A DNA stretch of 62,055 bases, filler included, from Globobulimina sp. (lineage: Eukaryota): NCBI GenBank assembly GCA_003354225.1. It is 24 parts of 24 records of this genome, joined end to end, with 100 filler letters (N's around TTAATTAATTAA, not from the genome) between each part and the next. Parts side by side here need not be neighbours in the genome. Positions count along the whole stretch, not along the records: positions 10,365 to 12,855 come from PIVH01006358.1; positions 12,956 to 15,445 come from PIVH01006359.1; positions 15,546 to 18,035 come from PIVH01006360.1; positions 18,136 to 20,625 come from PIVH01006361.1; positions 20,726 to 23,215 come from PIVH01006362.1; 19 more parts are not named here. The stretch is one strand, 5' to 3'. A model generated the notes under the pieces. It was not told the DNA's origin. It saw nothing but the letters and a program-made list of their open reading frames with translations, and did no database searches. Positions within the stretch are counted from its first letter, which is position 1. Each line of letters starts with the position of its first letter. Shown piece after piece: positions 12,393 to 22,380 of the stretch. Both the position numbers and the translations under genes were made by a program.

Positions 12393-12955
12393 GTTTTATA
12401 TAATAAAAAACTTCAGCTGCACATCAACCATGATTCACCGATCCACACCACGGCAATTCGCACATATTACAATCAGCTTTTTTGTGTTCGCCGACAAAGT
12501 AAACTTAAATCTATAAACCTGCATTCGTGACAAAGTCATTATAAATCTTTCAGCAATGAATAAATCCGAATCAACCACGGAAAATCCCATTATTAATGTT
12601 TTTGGCATGTATGGGGTATTGCGATTGTGTTCGTATCATTGTATTGGTATCGTAGCAGTTATAATAGCAGTTGGTTTAAAAGTATATATATATTTTAACT
12701 GCTAATATATGCATTTTGTTTGATTTATAGTATCGTAGTATTTATATTTGTTTTTTCAATAAGAGCATCCTGTTTTCAGCGTCAGATTTTTATTGGGGTA
12801 AGGTAGATGCAAACCGTTTCTGGTGACTGACAAAGGCAAAAATTATATAGGTTTANNNNNNNNNNNNNNNNNNNNNNNNNNNNNNNNNNNNNNNNNNNNT
12901 TAATTAATTAANNNNNNNNNNNNNNNNNNNNNNNNNNNNNNNNNNNNNNNNNNNN

Positions 12956-13282
12956 TGACTGCCCCGGTAGAGGGTTGATGTTGATCTGTGGCGGCTGAAA
13001 TAGACCGTTGCCATTTTGCCCGTTTCCACCCTGACCGCCGCCTGACTGACCATTCGCCGTAGGGGCAGCGTTATGGCCGTCAGGAGCAGGACAGTTTGGG
13101 CATTTGCAGACACTGTGAGGATTGCCTTTGTATTGCATGCATCGATGGCCACATTGAATAAAGTTCCAACACTTGTTCATGCAGTATCCGCCACCGCCTC
13201 CCGCTGCAGTTTGTCCGCTCCCGTTTCCTGCAATATTATAAATATCGCCATGGACATCATGCACCGTCGACTGGTTAAACAT
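12956..13282 (-). CDS. Gly/Gln/Asn-rich protein with a Cys/His cluster, 3'-truncated
   Basis: YCMNKCWNFIQCGHRCMQYKGNPHSVCKCPNCP lies between Gly-rich tracts; the region is more GC-rich and coding-like. Confidence 0.55.
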
Positions 13283-13403
13283 TTATAAATTATAAATTAT
13301 TTAGTTAAATTATGGATTAATGTGTGGGGTGGTATTTGGTATTTGGGTATTTGTGTTTGGGGAAAATGTGGAGTTTTTGAGTTGCTTACTTCAAGAAAAA
13401 ACT

Positions 13404-15131
13404 ATGCAATTTTTCCAATTTACATCGCCAATCAAACGCTTTTACACTTTTATACTGAAACGACTAATCGGTAAATTTCTATCAAAGGATTTGGATGTAA
13501 ATCAACTCGATATTCAAATAACGCAAGGAATTGTTGAATTGCAGGACTTAACATTAGATTGCCACGTTTTGAATGATTTAATACAAGGTTTGCCGTTTGA
13601 AATTGTATCGGCAGAATTAGATGTGATACGGATTGACATTCCGATCACAGACTTATGGAATGGATCCTGTTCATTATCCATTGATGGGCTATTTGTAAAA
13701 GTAACGCCTTTGATTGATATCCATAAAAAAGAACTATCTCTGCGTGGTACGTCATGGTTATATGAATTAGCCACTTCATTATCTTTGGAAAACAATGAAA
13801 ACAATGACATTGACAATGAAAACAATATCGAACTGTATCGCGGTCTGCATAAAGTATTATCAAATAAGCAAACAACACCAACAGCGGATGCGCATCGACA
13901 AAGACCTGGTATGCCCGAGCAACAACAGACAAATGACCAGGAATTGTCAGGCATGCAATTAATATCTGACTTAGTGGAGCGAATATTGCATAATTTAAAA
14001 ATCGAGATCTGTAACACAACATTTATCATCACTCATCCCTCTCCTTTTGATAATATTTATAATTCTATCTTAGAAATACAATTAAGACAAGTGACGCTGG
14101 CAAATATACCCATTCATATTGATGATGATATTGATGATGATCAAGAAGAAGAACCACAATCGAAATTAACAAAACGTATTTCTTTTTGTGGGTTAACTGT
14201 GGAATTATTCCATACCGCTTTAACAGAATCGGTGCTCTCATTTGCCAACAACAACAACAACAATAATAATAATGACATGTACAGCGGCAAAAGTAATGTA
14301 ATTATCCATGGCGAGGCCGAAGAGAGTGGCGAATGGTCATATATTGACATCGAAACACCACTGCAAAATAGCTTTGAGGAGAATGATATGTATAAACAAA
14401 CAAAGATTGAGATATCTGCATTTATCCGCAATATACGCGCTGTATTAAATCCATTGCAATTGGCATTATTTATTGATATATTTAATGCAATCTCACAATC
14501 ATCGCAATTAATTGCAAAGACTATACAACAAAATGGCCATAATCATCATAATGAGAATCTGAATCTGAACCTGAACCATCATAATAAGCCTATATTGGAT
14601 TTTCAATTGAAAATACACAAAACTATTCTGATATTATCACAAAACAATAATGACATAATCCCATCCGATTGGTATCTCAATGCAAGCAATGACGATGATA
14701 TTATAAATGAACAGGACAAATGCACTGATAATGGAAATGAGACTTATTTATCATTGATAGCCTCCTATCCATGGATTCGGGAGCTGTTAATTGCGCAAAT
14801 CGGCATAAAATTGCGCAACATTGGCCTACATTTTCAACAAATCCCATCCCAATCAATCTGTACCATCAACATTTCATCCATTAAAATGGTGGAATTTTTG
14901 CCTATAAATTGCTATTCAACGCAATGTATGAAACAGTTTGGCAGCAAACCAAAGCCGCGACAAATGATACTTCGGCAGATATTGACCATCCACAACAAAA
15001 ATAAACATAAAAATAAAAATAACAATGATTTGGAAAATTGGAAGCCGCAAATCATTATTTCTATACGCAATGTTTCCAACAAACGGAGTGATATTAACAT
15101 CGCAAAGAGGTCATCGCCTTTACCGATATGA
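13404..15131 (+). CDS. ATG2: ATG2 (chorein-N lipid transfer protein), N-terminal part only
   Basis: IKRFYTFILKRLIGKFL..LDVNQLDIQITQGIVELQDLTLD..LND..LPFEI..IDIP matches the ATG2 chorein-N domain. The ORF is far shorter than a full ATG2. Confidence 0.8.
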   Translation: MQFFQFTSPIKRFYTFILKRLIGKFLSKDLDVNQLDIQITQGIVELQDLTLDCHVLNDLIQGLPFEIVSAELDVIRIDIPITDLWNGSCSLSIDGLFVKVTPLIDIHKKELSLRGTSWLYELATSLSLENNENNDIDNENNIELYRGLHKVLSNKQTTPTADAHRQRPGMPEQQQTNDQELSGMQLISDLVERILHNLKIEICNTTFIITHPSPFDNIYNSILEIQLRQVTLANIPIHIDDDIDDDQEEEPQSKLTKRISFCGLTVELFHTALTESVLSFANNNNNNNNNDMYSGKSNVIIHGEAEESGEWSYIDIETPLQNSFEENDMYKQTKIEISAFIRNIRAVLNPLQLALFIDIFNAISQSSQLIAKTIQQNGHNHHNENLNLNLNHHNKPILDFQLKIHKTILILSQNNNDIIPSDWYLNASNDDDIINEQDKCTDNGNETYLSLIASYPWIRELLIAQIGIKLRNIGLHFQQIPSQSICTINISSIKMVEFLPINCYSTQCMKQFGSKPKPRQMILRQILTIHNKNKHKNKNNNDLENWKPQIIISIRNVSNKRSDINIAKRSSPLPI

Positions 15132-15545
15132 TGGCGTTGGCATGCCGTGGCTTGGAACAATGTTATCATTCGTGATGTCGTCGCCTCATTTATTGATTCA
15201 AAACAATCGGATTTCGCCATATATATCTTGTATATATCAAATGTTATGTTCAATGTGTTGGCAGAATTACTGCATATAATGTTGGACATTGATATTAAAT
15301 ACAATGCATCATTGAGTGTCTTGTGATGCATCAAAGTCTATTAAAATATTGTCTCTTCAAAGTCCAATCATGGCGAATATGCAAGCAGTTGAAGCAAATT
15401 AAAACGATTATATTTTATATCTTTCTATTTCCGATAAGTATTTTTNNNNNNNNNNNNNNNNNNNNNNNNNNNNNNNNNNNNNNNNNNNNTTAATTAATTA
15501 ANNNNNNNNNNNNNNNNNNNNNNNNNNNNNNNNNNNNNNNNNNNN

Positions 15546-15821
15546 TTAATAAAATATGGCGTGAATATCGAGCAGTGCCATGATGGGACAACGCCATTAT
15601 ACCATGCGACATCGCGTGGACACATCCAGATTGTTCAAACCTTATTAACTGAGAAAGCAAAGGTCGATGCAATAAACAATAAGGGATGGACATGTCTGAT
15701 GAATGCCGCTTATTACTGGAATATAACGCAAATCCAGACATTGCGCGCAATGCATTTGATGGCAGCCCACAAAAAAAAGGTATTTTGTCAAACATTTTCA
15801 GCGTTTAACATTTATTTATAA
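15546..15821 (+). CDS. Ankyrin repeat fragment
   Basis: GTTPLYHATSRGHIQIVQTLL..AKVDAINNKGWTCLMNAA. Confidence 0.8.
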   Translation, partial: LIKYGVNIEQCHDGTTPLYHATSRGHIQIVQTLLTEKAKVDAINNKGWTCLMNAAYYWNITQIQTLRAMHLMAAHKKKVFCQTFSAFNIYL

Positions 15822-16023
15822 GGTAAACGAGAACGATACGATATGGTTTGCCGTGTCGCTTAATGTGGAAACAAGAAAAGAATACCGTACAATGGACGGA
15901 TTGGTATGTTCTATAAATAACGAGAGAGATATCAAGAAAAACGAATGAAAAACGACCCATTCCTAGCCAGCAGCGGCAAAAACAAATCAGTTAAATACGT
16001 GTGAATCTGACACATCAAATGTC

Positions 16024-18035
16024 ATGAACTTACCCTTTGTGCACACTATGCAGGCGAATATGAGTGGGGAGGAGCTGCAGAAAGCAGCCAAGAAGAAGGA
16101 GACCGAGCGGGCGGACCAGATCGAAATGTACAAGGCCTACGAGGAGATGTTCGGCGTGGAAGAGGCCGCCGGAATGATGGGCTTCGACCCCGCCGAGGTG
16201 AAACGCGTGGGCATCGAGGCCATATTTGAGCGCTTATTGGAGGAGGAGAGGCGCAAGAAATTAGACCGCGAGGCCGCAGAAGCTGCGCGCAGTGGAGGTG
16301 GCGGCGACGCGTACGATTATTCGCAAGAAATGCAATACGCGCAACAGGCACAGGCGCAGTCCTTAAGCACTGGCACCGAGTACAACGACAACTTAGTGGA
16401 CCACGACACCGCTGTGGGCACCACGCACACCGCCGGAGGTGGCACGGTGTCGCGTCCCCCGCCGAGCCACGTCAGCGAGAATGCGTGCATCTTCGTGGGC
16501 GACTTGCATCCGTCGGTGACGCGCAGTGACTTGCTCTCCGTGTTCAGCCAGATTGGCAGTGTGTGCTGGATGCAGTTATTCGACTGCCACGCCCAAATGA
16601 ACCGGCCCTTCAACTTCGCCTTCGTGTATTTCGAGGACTTGCTGTGTGCCCGCAACGCGATCCAGACCCTAAATTACACCAAGTTCTATGGCTCGCCGTG
16701 CCGTTTGATGTGGAAACAAGAGAAGAATACGGTGCAATGGACGGACTGCAACATAATTGTCAAGAACCTGCCGCCCAACACCGACAGTCGAATCCTGCAC
16801 AGCGTGTTCAGCAAATTCGGCAAGATCTTGTCGTCCAAAGTGAAGACCACCGCGACTGGACGCACTTTGCCGTACGGCTACGTACAGTACGGCGCCAAGC
16901 ACGGGGCCGACGCCGCCATCATGGCCTCGGACCGCGGCGAGCTGTCGGTCAGCGGCCACATGCTAACCGCAGAATGGTTCAAATCGCGCGAAGACCGCGC
17001 CTTCCGCCAGATTTATGTCAAGAACATCCCGTCCAACTGGAGCGACACGGACTTGCTGAACCTGTTCGAGGCGCAGACTTTGGGCAAAATCAAGTCCTTC
17101 ACAGTCAAGCATTCGCCGTACGGCCGCTGGGCCTGTATCAGTTTCCACGAACCGCACCACGCCGTGAAGGCCATCGAGAAACTAAACAACTGCCCGACGG
17201 GCGACCCCATCTCGCCCACTCTGTCCGTGTCGCGCTTTATGTACAAAACGGAGCGCGACAAGTTCAAAACCAACGAACTGGAAAACAACAACGTCGGCGG
17301 CCACGGCTCGCAGGCGGCGCATTGCCACGTTGCGCCGGAACAATGCTACTCCATCTATGTCGGCAATGTGCCGTTGCAGTTGACGGACCAGCACATGCGG
17401 CAATTATTTGAGCCGTTTGGCGCCGTGATCTCTGCCGCCGTGGTGCAGAAAACGCAGGATTACAAGTACGGATTTGTCAATTTCCAGCAACCGCAGGACG
17501 CGGCGCGAGCGTTGGTGACAATGAACGGGAAGTCGATTGGCGGCAAGACGTTGCAGGTCAAGCCGGCCAACACCGACATGTCCAAAGCCATCGCCATAAC
17601 GCAGGCGGCCACGCACAGTCACAGTCAGAGTCAGAGCCAGACGCAGCTCGTCAATGTGCAGTCGCATCAGCATCAGCATCAGAATCAGCATCGGAGTGGG
17701 AGTCGGAGTGGGAACGGGATGGAGAATGTGCTGGTTGCCGCCAATCCGGTGGCTGGCAATAAGGCGTCGCCGAATATGACGCACCAGCAAGCAAAGGACA
17801 TCTTGAACGTTGACGGGAAGAAGGAAATACTGTGGAAGGTGCAGTACGGAGAGGACTGGCATGAATATGATACGACTTTGGCCGCCATTGTGGAGCAGCT
17901 AGCCATTGGCGAACAGATTCAAATCACGTTGGCGGATTCCAATTATATTATCACTCGCATTCAGCAGCAACAGGCGATGCAGAAAAACTGTGCCAGCGGC
18001 ACCATGCGCAAAGTTGTGCGGTCTACGCGCGATTT
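16024..18035 (+). CDS. PABP-like 4xRRM protein with a C-terminal WWE-like domain, 3'-truncated
   Basis: RRM1 IFVGDLHP..PCRLMW; RRM2 NIIVKNL..FGKILSSKV..YGYV; RRM3 QIYVKNI; RRM4 IYVGNV..YGFVNF. C-terminal W..WHEYD..Y..MQKN..SGTMRKVVR. Confidence 0.85.
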
Positions 18036-18196
18036 NNNNNNNNNNNNNNNNNNNNNNNNNNNNNNNNNNNNNNNNNNNNTTAATTAATTAANNNNNNNNN
18101 NNNNNNNNNNNNNNNNNNNNNNNNNNNNNNNNNNNTTTAAAGAGCGTTGGAGAAGCATTTTGTTGGTTGGTAACCACCATAGTAAAGAAAGCAAGC

Positions 18197-18323
18197 TTTC
18201 TGAGCGACCGCAATCGCAGACGCAATCTCTATCAGATTGAGATACCGAGTCAATGTCTTGTTTTTGTTTCTGATTATAATCATATATTTAATGGTGTTTT
18301 TAAAACAGTTTCAAATTTGTGGG
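18197..18323. repeat. Left arm of ~130-bp inverted repeat
   Basis: Reverse complement of 20489..20625 apart from a few substitutions and one ~10-nt indel. Confidence 0.95.
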
Positions 18324-18458
18324 ATTTATAGTTATTTGTATTTAAATTAAAACAGGTTTAAAATTCTTTCATTTACGTTTTCTGTAATTATTTTGATTTG
18401 TTGTAATTATTTATAACCAGAATTTCTGTGATATTATGTTTTTCATCACATCTGCAAC

Positions 18459-20434
18459 ATGTCTGACTTGGACAATGAAGAGACAAAACTGCCCACTAAC
18501 AACCAAGAGCCGCACTCAGGAGGTTGGAGATTACAAATCTCGTCAGAACACCGTCTACGTTCTGAGAACCTCGCATTTGACATCGATGTTTGGTATCCAA
18601 TATTAGAAAAATTTACATTTAAAACCATATTCCTTCCGTTCAAAAGACGCGAAGCAATCGCAATTATCCATTATTACCAAACTAAATACATTCGAAATGG
18701 TCCAGCTTCCACCCCATTATTGACAGCCTATGATGTGAAAATATTGAATGAGTTACAAGCAGAAATTGCGAAGATCCTAAACGACAAAGATTACCACTTT
18801 GCAGAATGTGGCGCGTTTATGAGATTATGTGGTCGCTCCCCAAAAGATGCAGAACCTTTAAACCGCGATAAAATCCGCAATAAATACAAGACAAACTTAG
18901 AAAATCTATTAAATGGCAACAATGCTCAAAATATCAAATACCCAAAGACTGCAAACACAAAATTGATCGCCATAGCCAATACACAGTGGCTTAAGATTGA
19001 AGAAGCAGCGGATGCAATGAATCAATTGTTGTCATCGGAGAGAGTCTACACTGATCTTCATGACTGGATTAAATATGGCGAACCTGAACAGATTGTGTTT
19101 CGTGTCTGGTGCAATGAATTGTCATTAGATTATGAGTTCCGATGTTTTATACATGACAACAAAATGACTGCCATCTCACAGTATGATCACTATGCAATAT
19201 ATCCATATTTGAAAGCGCAGAAAGAGAGAATTAAAGAGGCATTGGTTGCGAAATGGAAACAAGTGCACCAATATATACTGCAGGATGAGTATTGCATTGA
19301 TTTTGGATATGCAGTACATAAAAAGCAAGTTATTGTGATCGAGATATCGCCATTTAGGAATTGTACCGGAGCCGCATGTTTCCATTGGAAGTTGGATCAT
19401 GATGTACTGTTTGGAGTGGACGGGAGTAAGCAAATTGAGTTTCGATTAAACGAGACATTGCATCCGCAAATAGATGATTTGGTAGAGGCAAACTGGGAAT
19501 TGAGGTTTATATATTTTTTTATGAGTCTATGCTATGCTGACCAATATCTTTTTTATTGTATAGATGGTGGACCAAAAATGATCCTGAACCTTATTGGAGT
19601 TTATATGATGAAATAAAAGATGATGCGGCTGACACTGATGCGGATAACAGAGTACATTATGGAATAATGGCGTTGATATTTTCTATTTCGATTGGTGTAG
19701 TTGCTGTGGTTTGGTACTTTCATACAATTTGGGGTATTGTATTGGCGGTGGTTGTGTTGATTGGTGTGTTGTTTGATGGGATGTACTTATTTTGTTATGG
19801 TGGTGATGACGTGACAGAGGATGATGATGATGTGGCTGTGGACTTAGATGACGTGGAGAGACCATTAAAATATATGGAGTTTGATCCAAATGCAGGGCAT
19901 TTGGCAGATATTAAACAAATTGATGAGAGAGTCAATAATTCGACATATGTGTTGTTTGTGTATGGAACATTGAAAAGAAATTTTCATTGGAATCATAAAT
20001 TTCTGTCTCGTGGAAGTGTATTTATTGGAAAAGCAAAAACAGTGAATAGGTTCGCATTGGTTATGGGCGATTGCAACGTACCGTATGTTTTAGATTTTGA
20101 TGCGGAAAAAGAAGGAAAAGATCTAGAAATTGGTGAGAATATATTGGGTGAACTGTGGCATATTGATTATGAAACATTGGTTGGTTTGGATGATTACGAA
20201 GGATGCAACAAAGGACATTATAAAAGGAAAAAAATTGATATTGTTTTGATTGACAGCAACAACATAATCAAAGCAAACATTTATATGAAAGCAGATGTTG
20301 CAAATATAGATTTATCAAAAGCAGAATGTTTAAATGAATATGATTATGAATATCATAAGAAATATTATTCGCCAATCAAACACATCCAAGTCAAACAACT
20401 TGCGTATTTGGGAGAGGATTTTAATAGAACATGA
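18459..20434 (+). CDS. Cdc123/R2K-like ATP-grasp - hydrophobic hairpin - GGACT/AIG2-like cyclotransferase fusion (638 aa), intron 19505..19563
   Basis: ATP-grasp motifs FMRLCGRSPKD, EFRCFI, ISQYD, IDF..VIEISPF..TGAACFHW. Cyclotransferase motifs LFVYGTLK, GELW, LDDYEG..YKR. A 59-nt GT..AG intron gives the in-frame join ELR/WWT. Confidence 0.85.
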
Positions 20435-20488
20435 ATTGTAGAAATGTTTAATATCGGATATTCATTAAAATTGTATTGTTTTCAAATA

Positions 20489-20625
20489 CCCATAAATTCG
20501 AAACTGTTCTAAAAACACCATTAAATATATGATTATAATCAGAAACAAAAACAACAACAATTAAGACATTGACTCGGTATCTCAATCTGATAGAGATTGC
20601 GTCTGCGACTACGGTCGCTCAGAAA
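20489..20625. repeat. Right arm of ~130-bp inverted repeat (runs to contig end)
   Basis: Reverse complement of 18197..18323. Confidence 0.95.
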
Positions 20626-20725
20626 NNNNNNNNNNNNNNNNNNNNNNNNNNNNNNNNNNNNNNNNNNNNTTAATTAATTAANNNNNNNNNNNNNNNNNNN
20701 NNNNNNNNNNNNNNNNNNNNNNNNN

Positions 20726-21046
20726 GCGCACCCAAGACATAACATACTATTACGTGGAGGACAACACCATTGGATGTTAATGAATAATGCGATGGCAAAT
20801 TCCGATCCAAACAAATATAGCACCAATGATCCTGAATTGTGGTTAATATATGAGTTTATTGCTGGGCTGATAGGAATTAATGAAGCAGTTAAACGATTAA
20901 ATAACGAAATTAAACGATGTGCAAATTGTTTAAAATCGGATATTTCACTGAAACGTTGTTCAAGATGTAAACATGTGTATTATTGCAGTATTTGCTGTCA
21001 ACGTGGTAATTGGAAAACGCATAAGCAAAACTGTCGGAAATCTTGA
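20726..21046 (+). CDS. MYND zinc finger protein, C-terminal fragment
   Basis: CANC..LKRCSRCKHVYYCSICCQRGNWKTHKQNC. Confidence 0.9.
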   Translation, partial: AHPRHNILLRGGQHHWMLMNNAMANSDPNKYSTNDPELWLIYEFIAGLIGINEAVKRLNNEIKRCANCLKSDISLKRCSRCKHVYYCSICCQRGNWKTHKQNCRKS

Positions 21047-21146
21047 GAAAAACAAACAAATAAACAAATATCGTGTGTTTTTTAAAAAAATATGCTAAAA
21101 TAAGCCAACAAACAGTTACCTAAAAACTTTTGCTACGACTTTGAAG

Positions 21147-22202
21147 ATGACAACAGTTTTCCTTGTTTTCTCCATATTATCGTTGTTGAAGGTATTATCT
21201 ACTATGAGTTCACATGAAATCGACATAACAAAGTACAAGAAAATCATCGTCATCGGTGATATTGACAGCAACACACTCCAATTTCTTAAGATACTGCGAC
21301 AAATACAAATATGCGATGAAAACATGAATTGGATTGCAAACAATACCATATTAATACAGACAGGAAATATGATATCAAAACATTGGAATCCCACAACATT
21401 GTATACAATCGATTTATTCATAAAACTACAACGTCAGGCACCTACATTCAACTCCTTATGTCTCGGAATTATTGGAATAAATGAACTGTATCATGTCCAT
21501 CAGCAAATAATTGCAAAATATCGCATGGACAAATCAATAGGTTTTATCTCATCTATAATGCGCAGATTAAATGGTAATAAACAGATTCCTGTCACTATCA
21601 ACACCTCAGAGTCCAAGCATTCTCATATTGGACAATATCTAAGATCTTTACCTTTAGCACGGATTTTAGGCAAATCTGTATTTATTAATGATGTTGATTT
21701 TATGCTATTAAATAACGACTTCGATGCAAAGCAAAGTACGTATTCAGTGAACTATGTTAATTCAAAAACAAAACTATTTTTACAACGTGAATTTGGTGAC
21801 GGTTCGTTTTTTAACAAATTATTTTTCCCGTCATCGCAATTTCAAACAATTCCAATATGTACAAACATTAACGAGATATTGTATGAACATGGCGCGAATA
21901 GGATTATTCATGGCGGCGAAGTAAATTTTGAGATTGAAACATCAGTTCGATGTCATGGTAAATTAATGTCGACAAATTGTGGCATAGCAAGCGGAGGATT
22001 TGGTGCATTGGAAATTGACTTAGAGTCAGATAATGTTTCTGCGCATACACCAATGAATCGAGAATATGTAAAGATGACGTTTACAAATGAATTATTACAG
22101 TCGGTGACAGAAGACACAGATTCTCGTTCATTTAATAAGTTTTCTTTTGTATCGTTGGGGTTGGAAAGCAAAGACTATTCTGATAATGGTGAAGCAGTGT
22201 AA
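21147..22202 (+). CDS. Secreted Shewanella-like (calcineurin-like) metallophosphoesterase homologue with degenerate active site
   Basis: Signal peptide. KIIVIGDI, W..NNTILIQTG, IGINE and IGQYLRSLP follow the SLP layout, but the His/Asp ligands are substituted. Confidence 0.75.
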   Translation: MTTVFLVFSILSLLKVLSTMSSHEIDITKYKKIIVIGDIDSNTLQFLKILRQIQICDENMNWIANNTILIQTGNMISKHWNPTTLYTIDLFIKLQRQAPTFNSLCLGIIGINELYHVHQQIIAKYRMDKSIGFISSIMRRLNGNKQIPVTINTSESKHSHIGQYLRSLPLARILGKSVFINDVDFMLLNNDFDAKQSTYSVNYVNSKTKLFLQREFGDGSFFNKLFFPSSQFQTIPICTNINEILYEHGANRIIHGGEVNFEIETSVRCHGKLMSTNCGIASGGFGALEIDLESDNVSAHTPMNREYVKMTFTNELLQSVTEDTDSRSFNKFSFVSLGLESKDYSDNGEAV

Positions 22203-22380
22203 CTTTGAGTTGATATATTCAACTTCACTAATTTATGTAGCTTTGAAAACATTATTACTATCATTACTACCTCGTTTGTTGCTACCATTATACGCTAGCT
22301 CCGCCATGGATATAATGAATCAGTTAATTAACTGCCTTTTCCTTGCATGATATGGCAATGTGTAAACATTCCAAAATTAA

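Larger units (their letters stand above)
10446..12762 (+). repeat. Two diverged direct-repeat copies (~10446..10560 and ~12678..12762)
   Basis: Both contain aaagtatata..ttttaactgcta..tgtttgatttatagtat(t/c)gtagtatttatat(c/t)tgtttttcaataa. Confidence 0.8.

Noticed and set aside
16046-17906. Many overlapping alternative-frame ORFs
   Set aside because: These are shadow ORFs caused by high GC in the RRM gene and have no motifs. The same applies to most short antisense ORFs in the track.
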